Shown piece after piece: positions 55,759-64,000 of a stretch of 64,000 nucleotides of DNA. The stretch is taken from the NCBI GenBank assembly GCA_963702905.1, contig OY969769.1, positions 17,533-81,532 of the forward strand. Reading direction: 5' to 3'. The first letter of the stretch is position 1; each line of letters opens with the position of its first letter. The notes below the pieces were generated by a model. It did no database searches. It had not been told where the DNA came from and was given only the letters and a program-made list of their open reading frames with translations. Source of the stretch: an uncultured Solirubrobacterales bacterium (GTDB lineage: Bacteria; Actinomycetota; Thermoleophilia; Solirubrobacterales; Solirubrobacteraceae). The translations under genes and the position numbers were made by a program.

Positions 55759-58272
55759 TTACGGTCCGGTAGTGCCGGTCCCGCCCACGGACGGGGCCGG
55801 CTGCGCGTCGCGGATTGCGGACGCGCTCGGCTTGCGCGAGACCTTCGGCTGCTGGAGCGTGCCGAGTTGGCTCACCAGCCGCCGCCACTCGACCGTGTTG
55901 AGCGCGATGTTGGTCGCAAGCGGGGCGGTCGAGCTGCGCTTGGCCGCGGTTTGAGCAACGGTGGCGCCCGCGGTCTTGGTCGCGCCCGCGGAGCGTTGAC
56001 CTCTGCTCGGCAGCTCGATCTGGATGAAGGTCGAATGGTCGGGCGCCGCCAGTGTGGCGGGAGCGCCCGGGTACTGCATAAGGCTCACGATCCGTCGAGG
56101 TGCGTACTTACGCTTGAGCGTGAGCAACGTGCGGATCGTCACGTCGGTGATCGTGCCGGCTCCCTGGTGTCCTGAGATGGGGACGCCATTGATGGCGGCG
56201 ATATCAAGCGTCCCCGCTGCGGGGAACATCGTGACGAGACCCTTCGAGGTGTAGACCGCGCGCCCGCAGTGCAGTTCCCCGACAGTGGGCTTCAGCCCGC
56301 TGCGGGAGAGGTACACGAGCAACGCGAGCGTCTCGCGGCCCACCTTGCCCGAGGCCACCTGACCGCGGTCGCACGCCCCGAGCTGGATGCCCGGATCGGC
56401 GAGCACCGCGCGCTCGAGTTCACCCTGCGAGAGCAGGAAGGCGCCACTGGCGGTGGCCCCTGCGAGCACCCTCCCGGCTTTGGCGCCCTGTGGGTGGAGA
56501 GCGGCGTCGAGCTGCTCCCAGTTGGCGAGTATCGGCCGTGGGTCGATCGCGGCTTGGGCGCCGGCGGGGCGGATCGCAAAGCGCAGACCGGCGTTGGAGC
56601 CTTCTTCGCTTGAATCGAGGTGACCGAGCACGGTGCCTTGCGCCACCACCGAGCCGGGACCGAGCGTGAGCCAACCGTTCAGCTTCAGTCGCGCCGCCCG
56701 TTCGCTTGCGCGCTTGGCGGCAATTGCGTCGGGATTCCCGGGGTGCGCGAACACCCTTATCTTGCCCGCGCCGGCCTGTGCGTCGCCAGAATTGCCGAGC
56801 GATGAGGCGCTCGCGTGCGTCAGGTCGGTCGGCGCCTTCTTGTTGGCGACATGGATCGTCACCGGCGACTGGCTGCCAGCGGTCGCCGCCTGGGTGGGCG
56901 TGGGGTCGGCGGATTCGCCACTCGGCAAGGCTCCCTTGGGAACTTGCAGCTGCGTGGGCTTGGGCAGCCGGTAGCTGGGCGCGAGGCTACCCAGTCCAGC
57001 GTAGGTGAAGATGTCGCCGTAGGTGTCGCGCAGCACGATGTACTCGCCGAGCTTGCGCGACATGCCGATTCCCACGACACGCCCGTCCTCGACCGCCACC
57101 ACCGGGGCGTTCTTGCGACCAACCAGCTCGGAGAGCTGCGAGGGCGGAGATGGCGCGTTCCTCGCGCGTTCGGCCTTGACGGCGCTCACGGCGGGCGAGG
57201 GAGCTGGGGTGGAACCCGGAAGCTGGGCGCCCGCTGCCGCACCGGCGGCTTGTGGCGAGGGGGCGGTCGTCGCGCCGGCTGCGCCCGCCGGCGAGGGCGC
57301 GACACCGCTGGGGATGATCGAGTTGGCGCTCAACTTCGCGCCCGCCACCGGCAGGCTGCCCTCTGTGAGCCCGGTAAGCGTCGCGATGACAGAAGCGGGA
57401 TAGCTCGAGAACAGACGCGCCCGCAGGAGCACGGATTCAGCGTACGCGTCGGAGTGGTTGTACGCGAGGATCGCGCCGCGCAAATCGCTGGAGGCGCCGG
57501 CGGCGTGCAGGTACCGCGCAGCGGCGAAGATCGCGTCCACCGGGTTATAGGGGTCGGCATAGCCTGCGCCCACTGCGTCCACGCCGTACTGGAGCCACGT
57601 TTCAGGCATGAACTGCATCCACCCGACGGCTCCAGCGGACGACACCGCCAGGTCAGTGCCGAAGTTCGTCTCAACTTCGTTGATCGCGGCGAGGATCTGC
57701 CAGGGAACCCCGTATTGCACGGACGCGGCCTGGTAGATCGGCAGCAGGAACAGCGGTATGCGGTAGAAGTCGAGCGCCTGCATCGAGGCGGTGGAGCCGG
57801 TCAGCGCCGCAAATGCTCCCGACTGGACGGCGGCGAGCTGCGGCGCGGGCGCGATGCTGCCTGAGCTCTTGGGAGCAGCCGGCGCGTGGGTTACCGTGGC
57901 GCTTGTGGTGGTTGTCGCCGGTTCGGTGGTTACCTGCTGAGCGCTCCGGTTGACGACCTTCGGGGTGTGGGCTCGCGGCGCGGGCGTCGTGCTCGTCGGC
58001 GTGGTTGTCTGGGTCGTCGTTGTCGACGGTCCGCCGACTGGCGTCGCCGATGTGGTGGTGCCGGTCGACGTCATCGTGGTGGACGTCGTAGTTGTCTGGG
58101 TCGGAGCCGCCGATCCGGTTGTCGTCGGTGTTCCCGCCGGGGGTGTCACGGCCGGGGCTTCCGCCGCCAAGGCGCCGCCGGTGAGCGGTCCGCCGATCCC
58201 GGCCGCGGTCAGCCCGCCGCCGGCGAGGGCCGTGAGGATCGCGCGACGTGTACGACCGCGAGCGTCGCTCAT
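55759..58272 (-). CDS. Large secreted lytic transglycosylase (SLT) with degenerate M23-like domain
   Basis: TRRAIL Tat-like signal; WQILAAINEVETNFG, SSAGAVGWMQFMP, YNHS; PVVAVEDG...YAGL. Confidence 0.82.
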   Translation of the reverse strand: MSDARGRTRRAILTALAGGGLTAAGIGGPLTGGALAAEAPAVTPPAGTPTTTGSAAPTQTTTTSTTMTSTGTTTSATPVGGPSTTTTQTTTPTSTTPAPRAHTPKVVNRSAQQVTTEPATTTTSATVTHAPAAPKSSGSIAPAPQLAAVQSGAFAALTGSTASMQALDFYRIPLFLLPIYQAASVQYGVPWQILAAINEVETNFGTDLAVSSAGAVGWMQFMPETWLQYGVDAVGAGYADPYNPVDAIFAAARYLHAAGASSDLRGAILAYNHSDAYAESVLLRARLFSSYPASVIATLTGLTEGSLPVAGAKLSANSIIPSGVAPSPAGAAGATTAPSPQAAGAAAGAQLPGSTPAPSPAVSAVKAERARNAPSPPSQLSELVGRKNAPVVAVEDGRVVGIGMSRKLGEYIVLRDTYGDIFTYAGLGSLAPSYRLPKPTQLQVPKGALPSGESADPTPTQAATAGSQSPVTIHVANKKAPTDLTHASASSLGNSGDAQAGAGKIRVFAHPGNPDAIAAKRASERAARLKLNGWLTLGPGSVVAQGTVLGHLDSSEEGSNAGLRFAIRPAGAQAAIDPRPILANWEQLDAALHPQGAKAGRVLAGATASGAFLLSQGELERAVLADPGIQLGACDRGQVASGKVGRETLALLVYLSRSGLKPTVGELHCGRAVYTSKGLVTMFPAAGTLDIAAINGVPISGHQGAGTITDVTIRTLLTLKRKYAPRRIVSLMQYPGAPATLAAPDHSTFIQIELPSRGQRSAGATKTAGATVAQTAAKRSSTAPLATNIALNTVEWRRLVSQLGTLQQPKVSRKPSASAIRDAQPAPSVGGTGTTGP

Positions 58273-58643
58273 GCGAGCCGCCCATCGCACGCAGGGCTTT
58301 CGCCCGCGCTCACGCTTCGATTCCTGCTCGTCCCGCGGTCCCTACTCGTCTTCATGTGGCCCCATGGTCGTGGTAGAACACGGCACCCGAACTCCATGGG
58401 CGCCCCCTGACCCAATTCATATCGGCAGAAAAGCAGGTCTTGGTAAAGGATTCGTAATCAAAACGTGCCCAAAATTGCAATCGCGGTTGCATTTCGGCGG
58501 TCAAACTGGCACACGCACCCATACGAGCCTCCTCTGCCGGGAAAGCGGCACGACTGTACACCGGCCATAGGCGTAAACACCGAACATGGCCGAATAGGCC
58601 GCTGTCCTGCACGTCCGCTTGCGGGAGTCGCTACGCTTCGCCG

Positions 58644-58952
58644 ATGGAAGTCGTCCTGTCGGTCTTGCAGGTGTTCATCGCCGTCGCCCTAATCTTCCTG
58701 GTGCTGATGCACTCGGGCAAGGACTCGGGCCTCTCTGGCGCTTTCGGCGTCGGCAGCGGTCAGGGACCGCTCGGCGGCGGCTCGATGGTCGAGCGCAACC
58801 TCAACCGCTGGACCGTCTTCTTCGCAGTCGTGTTCGTGCTGAACACGATTCTGCTCCTTAAAGAAACCCTGGTAGGCGACTTCTCCAGCGCCTCTAGATG
58901 GTCGAGGATCTCGACCGCCTCGGCGCGGAGCGCGGCGTTGATGGCTTCGTAG
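58644..58952 (+). CDS. secG: Preprotein translocase SecG (apparent read-through; true end probably about 58875)
   Basis: LVLMHSGKDSGLSGAFG...VERNLNRWT. Confidence 0.88.
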   Translation: MEVVLSVLQVFIAVALIFLVLMHSGKDSGLSGAFGVGSGQGPLGGGSMVERNLNRWTVFFAVVFVLNTILLLKETLVGDFSSASRWSRISTASARSAALMAS

Positions 58953-59146
58953 TCGGCTTGGGAGAGCTTGCCGGTCTTGTAATCGAGCTCGGCGTCGCGG
59001 ATCTCGCGGTACTTGGCCTCGCGCGCAGCACTCAACTCCGCGTGGCGCGGGGTCTCGGGCTCTGTGGCTTTCCGCGTGCGCAGCAGAGGGGCGCTTACGA
59101 TCGCGATCACCGCCGCCAGCAAGACGAGCGTGAGCAACACCTCCAT
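58760..59146 (-). CDS. Small CcmI/CycH-N-like protein of the ccm operon (apparent read-through)
   Basis: N-terminal TM; YREIRDAELDYKTGKLSQADY. Confidence 0.65.
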   Translation of the reverse strand: MEVLLTLVLLAAVIAIVSAPLLRTRKATEPETPRHAELSAAREAKYREIRDAELDYKTGKLSQADYEAINAALRAEAVEILDHLEALEKSPTRVSLRSRIVFSTNTTAKKTVQRLRLRSTIEPPPSGP

Positions 59147-59150
59147 GGGC

Positions 59151-61325
59151 TCAGGCTCGCGCGAGGCCGCGCGAGGCGCGGCTGCGCGAGGCGACCCTGA
59201 CACGCCTGCGCACGGCGCTCGGGGCCGGCCACATCGCGATCAGGCCGCCACCGAAGACGATGGCGCCACCGATCCAGATCCACATCACCAGCGGAGAGAC
59301 GATCAGGTGGAACTGCGCGGGGGGCGGAGACTTCATGTATTCGCGCGCCATCACCGCCACGGCGATCGTGCCCTCGTCGGGACGGACAAATGGGATCGTC
59401 TTGTTTCCGATCGCGATGATCCGCTTCAGACGGGGGGTCTCGATGTCGGGGGCGATCGCGCTCCACACGTCGCGTGTGACGCCCGCGTCCATGCTCACGT
59501 GGCTGACGGCTTGGCCGCCGATCAGGTGGCCCACCGACCCCTGGGTGGGGTCGCCCGAGTCGTAGAAGCCCTCGCTCGGCGCGAGCGTGGCGACATGGCG
59601 CCCGTGCTTACTCACGTCAAGCACGGCGCCGAGGCTGAGCGTGGAGCCCGTGTGGGCGGCGTCTTCCTTGGAGGTGATGGTGGCTGTGGGACGTACGTAG
59701 CGCACCGTGTAGGAGCCCACTTTCGTGGATTGGCCCGGCGAGAGCGACAGCTCGGAGGCATGCTGGAAGGAGGAGGAGGCGGCCACTCCCACGAACAGCA
59801 CCGCCATTCCGATGTGCACGACGTAGCCGCCATAGCGTCGGCGGTTGCGCCTGATGAGCGCCACCAGCGCGACCGGAGCAGACTCGCCAGAGCTCGCGCG
59901 GCGCACCCTCACGCCGCGCCAGTACTCCTGGAAGACGCTCCCCAGCACGAACGCGGCACAACAGAACATAACTATCGCGAGCGGTTTGCCGGCGCTCACG
60001 CCCATGCCGAGCAGCGCCACCAGTGTGAGCGCCGCAAACACGATCGGAGCGACGAAATTGCGGCGGGCGTTTGCGAGCGTGGCTCGGCGCCATGCGATCA
60101 CCGGGCCGATCCCACTCAGCAGGACGAGCGCGAGCGCGAGCGGCACCGTGTAGCGGTCGAACCAGGGCGGTCCCACCGACGACTCTTTGCCGGTGAGCGC
60201 TTCTGAGATCAGCGGGAAGTAGGTGCCCCAGAAGATCACGAAGCACAGGCCCACGAGCACGATGTTGTTGGCGAGGAACACAGACTCGCGCGAGAGCAGC
60301 GAGTCGAGGCGATGCTCGCTGCGGAGCATCGCCCGCCGTGAGCTCACCAAGTAGATGGAGCAGAGAATGAGCACGCCGATGAGCACCACGAACGGCACTC
60401 CCAGGGTCGCCCCGCCGAAAGCGTGGATCGAGCTGAGTATCCCGCTGCGCACGAGGAAGGTGCCCATGATCGCGAGCGTGCCGGTGGCGAGCACGAGCGA
60501 GACGTTCCACACCTTGAGCATCCCCCGCTTCTCCTGGATCATTAGCGAGTGCAGGAAAGCGGTGCCGGTGAGCCACGGCATGAGCGAGGCGTTCTCGACC
60601 GCGTCCCAGCCCCAGTAGCCGCCCCAGCCAAGCTCAGCGTATGACCAGCGCGCGCCGAGCATGATCCCGATGCCGAGGAACAGCCAAGCCGCGAGCGCGA
60701 AGCGGCGGGTGGCGCGAATCCACTCAGCGTCGACTCTGCGAGCAAGCAGCGCTCCCAGGCCGAACGCGAGTGGCACGATGCAGAGCGTGTACCCCGAATA
60801 GAGCATCGGCGGGTGGATCATCATCGAGGGGTGGCGCAGCAGCGGGTCCAACCCCACCCCGTCGGAGGGCGCAGGGTTGGTGGTGGCGAACGGGGTCGCA
60901 TAGAAGATCATCAGCGAGATGAAGAACCCACCGAAGCCGAGCAGGATGGCCGTGGCGTATGAGGCGACGTCGCGCAGGCGCTTGCGCGTGAGGAACAGCA
61001 CGAGGCTCGACCACAGCGACAGCAGCCACGCCCACAACAGCAGCGAGCCTTCCTGGGATGACCACACCGCAGCCGCCTTGTAGAAGGTGGGGGTGGTGGC
61101 GCTCGAGGTGTCCGCCACTGTGTTGAAGCTGAAGTCGTTGTGCAGGAACGCCACCTCGAGCACGGCGAAGGCGACGGTGAGAATGCCGGCCAGCGCATAT
61201 ACCGAGCGCCGTCCCGATTCAGACCACTCGGGGTGGCCCCTCCTCACCCCGTACAGCGACGCGCCGATGCCATACGCGCACACGGCAAGCGCGAGCACCA
61301 GGCATGCCCGACCGAGCTCTGCCAT
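59151..61325 (-). CDS. ccmF: Cytochrome c biogenesis heme lyase CcmF
   Basis: QEGSLLLW, HPP, WGGYWGWDAVENAS (WWD), HS, SIHAF, C-terminal PLVMWIWIG. Confidence 0.93.
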   Translation of the reverse strand: MAELGRACLVLALAVCAYGIGASLYGVRRGHPEWSESGRRSVYALAGILTVAFAVLEVAFLHNDFSFNTVADTSSATTPTFYKAAAVWSSQEGSLLLWAWLLSLWSSLVLFLTRKRLRDVASYATAILLGFGGFFISLMIFYATPFATTNPAPSDGVGLDPLLRHPSMMIHPPMLYSGYTLCIVPLAFGLGALLARRVDAEWIRATRRFALAAWLFLGIGIMLGARWSYAELGWGGYWGWDAVENASLMPWLTGTAFLHSLMIQEKRGMLKVWNVSLVLATGTLAIMGTFLVRSGILSSIHAFGGATLGVPFVVLIGVLILCSIYLVSSRRAMLRSEHRLDSLLSRESVFLANNIVLVGLCFVIFWGTYFPLISEALTGKESSVGPPWFDRYTVPLALALVLLSGIGPVIAWRRATLANARRNFVAPIVFAALTLVALLGMGVSAGKPLAIVMFCCAAFVLGSVFQEYWRGVRVRRASSGESAPVALVALIRRNRRRYGGYVVHIGMAVLFVGVAASSSFQHASELSLSPGQSTKVGSYTVRYVRPTATITSKEDAAHTGSTLSLGAVLDVSKHGRHVATLAPSEGFYDSGDPTQGSVGHLIGGQAVSHVSMDAGVTRDVWSAIAPDIETPRLKRIIAIGNKTIPFVRPDEGTIAVAVMAREYMKSPPPAQFHLIVSPLVMWIWIGGAIVFGGGLIAMWPAPSAVRRRVRVASRSRASRGLARA

Positions 61326-61738
61326 CAAGCCGTTTTCTGGCCGCTGGGCGCGGCCTTGTACTTCGACGGGCACTTCGTGATCAGCGAATCGCGCTGCCCC
61401 ACGTACTGCCCGTCTTGCTCTCGTACTGTGATTATCACCTCGCGGCCTTCGCGGAAGGGGTCGGGCACCTCGCCCGTGTAGCTGAGCGGAATGGCCGCTT
61501 CGCCCGCACGGTCCTGGACGCTGAAGTAGAGGGTCTCGCCTTCGTGGCGCACCGACCCCGCCTTGACCTTGCCGGTGAGCTGGTAGCTGTGCCCGGGATG
61601 GCCTTCGTGGACGAGCTGGCTCGGCGTGACCGTCGGTGAGGCGGAACTGAAGCTGGTGTAGATCAGAGCGCTCGCAAGCACCACAGCGGCGCTCAACGAC
61701 ACCACCAGTCGCACTGTTCGCTTGCGCGCGGGGTTCAT
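61325..61738 (-). CDS. ccmE: Heme chaperone CcmE, CxxxY variant
   Basis: N-terminal TM; YTGEVPDPFREGREV; LITKCPSKY. Confidence 0.9.
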   Translation of the reverse strand: MNPARKRTVRLVVSLSAAVVLASALIYTSFSSASPTVTPSQLVHEGHPGHSYQLTGKVKAGSVRHEGETLYFSVQDRAGEAAIPLSYTGEVPDPFREGREVIITVREQDGQYVGQRDSLITKCPSKYKAAPSGQKTA

Positions 61739-61841
61739 CGCCGTCGATTATCCCAGAAGCGCCCGCGTGAGACGCCCAGGAGAAATTCGGCGCACAGCGA
61801 AACCTTTGTATGTCCCAGGCGTCTTAGGAGGTACGAGACCG

Positions 61842-62051
61842 ATGCTGACGAGCCTGCTCCACCCGATCGCCACATGGCGCCACCACGACACTCCACCGGA
61901 GCCGATGATGGACATCAAGGCGCGGCGCCTACGCGAGGCGGGTGGCCCGGTGGATGAAGCGTGCTACCCGTGTGGATGCGGGTACTTCTTCATCGCACCT
62001 GTATCCACCAGTGTGTCCTGCCCCCACTGCGGCAGGACACAGGCTTGGTAG
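61842..62051 (+). CDS. Small zinc-ribbon protein
   Basis: AGGAGG RBS; CGCG...CPHC. Confidence 0.7.
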   Translation: MLTSLLHPIATWRHHDTPPEPMMDIKARRLREAGGPVDEACYPCGCGYFFIAPVSTSVSCPHCGRTQAW

Positions 62052-62055
62052 ACGT

Positions 62056-63357
62056 CTACTTGATGTGCATCCCGCTGATCGCGCGGGAGATGACAAGCTG
62101 CTGGATCTCCGCTGTGCCCTCGAAGATGTCGTAGATCTTCGCGTCACGGTGGAAGCGCTCGACCGGGAACTCGCGGGTGTAGCCGTTGCCGCCAAGGATC
62201 TGGATGGCGCGCTCAGTGACCCACACGGCGACCTCGCCCGACTTGAGCTTTGACATCGAGCCCTCGGCGTTCTCGAAGGGGACCTGGTTGCGGCCCATCC
62301 ACGAGGCGCGCCACACGAGCAGGCGGGCGGCGTCGATCTCCATCTTCATGCGCGCGAGCGTGAAGGCGATCGACTGGTTCTCGATGATCTTCTTGCCGAA
62401 CTGTTCGCGCTCCTTGGCGTAGTCAAGCGCGTACTCGTAGGCGGCGCGGGCGATGCCGAGCGCCTGCGAGCCCACCGTGGGACGGGAGGCCTCGAAAGTG
62501 GCCATGGAGGCGTTGGACTTGTTCTTCTTGCCCTCCTTCGCACGGGCGAGGCGCTCATCGAGCTTCTCCTTGCCGCCGAGCACGTAGTTCTCAGGGATGC
62601 GGCAGTCATCAAGGTAGACATCGGCGGTGTGAGAGGCGCGCAGGCCGTGCTTTGAGACCTTGGCGCCTTCGGAGATGCCCTTGGCCTCGCTCATCGGCAC
62701 AACGAAGGCGGCGTGACCGCGCGAGTTCAGCTCGCGGTCGACGGTGGCGATGACGACGTGGACGTCGGAGATACCGCCGTTGGTGGCCCACGCCTTCTGG
62801 CCGTTGAGAATCCACTCTTTGGTGGCCTCGTCATACTTGGCAGTGGTGCGTAGGGCACTCACGTCCGAGCCGGCGTTGGGCTCGGAGGAGCAGAAGGCTG
62901 CGACCTTGATGTCGTCCGGAGTTCCGAAGCAACGGGGGATCCACTCGCCGATCTGCTCGCCAGTGCCCTGGCCGAAGATGGCGGCAACCGCAAGCGAGGT
63001 GCCCATGATCGCCATGCCCATACCGGCATCGCCCCAGAAGAGCTCCTCGTTGACGATGGGGAGCGTGAGGCCGGTGGGGTCGGCGAAGAACTGCGCGAGC
63101 CCCTCGAAGCCGTAGAGCCCGATCTTGGCGGCCTCTTCGATGATCGGCCAGGGTGTCTTCTCCTTCTCGTCCCACTCGTGCGCGGCGGGGCGCATGACGT
63201 CGGCGGCGAAGCCGTGTACCCACTCGCGAATGTCCTTCTGGTCCTGCGAGAGGGCCATCGAGAAGGCCACGTCTTTGCCGGCAGCGCTCGTGATCGCCTC
63301 GACGGCGGCCTCGGCGGCTCCGGTCGCCTCTGCGGCGGTTACGTCGGTTGCTGACAT
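62056..63357 (-). CDS. Acyl-CoA dehydrogenase
   Basis: SEPNAGSD, NGQKAW, GGNGYTRE, IFEGTAEIQ. Confidence 0.95.
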   Translation of the reverse strand: MSATDVTAAEATGAAEAAVEAITSAAGKDVAFSMALSQDQKDIREWVHGFAADVMRPAAHEWDEKEKTPWPIIEEAAKIGLYGFEGLAQFFADPTGLTLPIVNEELFWGDAGMGMAIMGTSLAVAAIFGQGTGEQIGEWIPRCFGTPDDIKVAAFCSSEPNAGSDVSALRTTAKYDEATKEWILNGQKAWATNGGISDVHVVIATVDRELNSRGHAAFVVPMSEAKGISEGAKVSKHGLRASHTADVYLDDCRIPENYVLGGKEKLDERLARAKEGKKNKSNASMATFEASRPTVGSQALGIARAAYEYALDYAKEREQFGKKIIENQSIAFTLARMKMEIDAARLLVWRASWMGRNQVPFENAEGSMSKLKSGEVAVWVTERAIQILGGNGYTREFPVERFHRDAKIYDIFEGTAEIQQLVISRAISGMHIK

Positions 63358-63416
63358 CTGACGTTGGCTCCTTTGTGAAATCGGTGACGTACGACGGCCC
63401 GCGAGCCGACGACCAC

Positions 63417-63444
63417 AGCCTAGCAAAGCGTAAACGGTTGTCAA
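63417..63444 (-). promoter_or_regulatory. Sigma70-type promoter for the acyl-CoA dehydrogenase
   Basis: TTGACA(63444-39)-N16-TAGGCT; overlaps GTAAACG, which has an inverted copy CGTTTAC about 24 bp away (possible TetR operator). Confidence 0.5.
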
Positions 63445-63490
63445 ATGCGAGATTGAATGGCGTTTACATTCACGATATAGTCGTGCTGCG

Positions 63491-64000
63491 ATGGCAACAG
63501 CGCCCACCAGCTACAAGGAGTCAGGCCCGATCTCGCGTGCGACGCGTAGGCGAGAGCGCGAGCGCGAGATTATCGCTGCCACGCGCCTCTTGTTCGACGA
63601 GCGGGGGTTGCAGGACGCGCCGATCGAGAGTATCGCGCGCGAGGTGGGGATCAACAAGGCGCTCATCTACCGCTACTTCTCGTCTAAGGAGGAGCTGTAC
63701 GTGCTTACCCTCTCCAGCTACCTCGCCGACCTCGCTGAGCGCTTGGAGGAGGTGCCCGTGGAGCTGGATCCCGTCGCGCGGTTGGAGGAGGGTTGGGTGA
63801 GGTACACCGACTTCTGCCTCGACCACCCCGCCTTCCTGGACTGTGGCCTGTCGCTGATGCGCCGCTCCGCGGAGGAGCTGAGGGAGACGATCTCCGACGC
63901 GATCTGGATCCGCCTGGGCCAGAACATGGCGGCCTGCTTGGGCAAGCTCTCACAGATCCTCGCCGAGGGCGCCGAGCAGGGCCTCTTCGAGGTGGAAGAC
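63491..64000 (+). CDS. TetR family regulator (runs off the window edge)
   Basis: IIAATRLLFDERG...IESIAREVGINKALIYRYFSSKEEL. Confidence 0.9.
   Translation, partial: MATAPTSYKESGPISRATRRREREREIIAATRLLFDERGLQDAPIESIAREVGINKALIYRYFSSKEELYVLTLSSYLADLAERLEEVPVELDPVARLEEGWVRYTDFCLDHPAFLDCGLSLMRRSAEELRETISDAIWIRLGQNMAACLGKLSQILAEGAEQGLFEVED

Noticed and set aside
58300-58640. c-di-AMP (ydaO) riboswitch before the lytic transglycosylase
   Set aside because: Conserved ydaO segments not found by eye on the minus strand; an Rfam scan would settle it

Overview
GC-rich bacterial chromosome segment. Gene style and content suggest Actinomycetota, probably Thermoleophilia/Solirubrobacterales-like (inference, no database search done). 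1-17 kb is housekeeping: cytochrome oxidase subunit III, a cytochrome c-cupredoxin lipoprotein, a frameshifted glycosyltransferase, HIT, nucleotidyltransferase, alr, nnr, glmS, glmM, rpsI, rplM, guaA and a GuaB3-type IMPDH. 17.0-20.7 kb is a divergent two-gene unit: a LeuRS paralogue with a rebuilt amino-acid pocket and no C-terminal domain, plus a diverged threonine-synthase-like PLP enzyme. 20.7-26.6 kb holds permease-pgi-pgl, RNase P RNA, a ferritin-like protein, lexA with an SOS box, and tRNA-Leu(GAG). 26.6-42.5 kb is a composite island at the tRNA: a small remnant with a HigBA-like TA pair, then a ~13.5 kb element. That element carries a large serine recombinase, a Replic_Relax protein, a VirD4-like ATPase, an HTH-TPR regulator, XRE regulators, an internally deleted IS110 and HEPN-like cargo. 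Its proposed ends share CACCA, and rejoining them fuses the recombinase in frame to a 109-aa C-terminal segment. 42.5-64 kb returns to host genes: GH79, serine hydrolase, membrane-anchored ECF sigma, rmuC, a presenilin-like GxGD protein, deacetylase, MgtE-N/NRAMP pair, ROK, lytic transglycosylase, secG, ccm genes, acyl-CoA dehydrogenase and TetR. No CRISPR array or prophage structural genes were seen.
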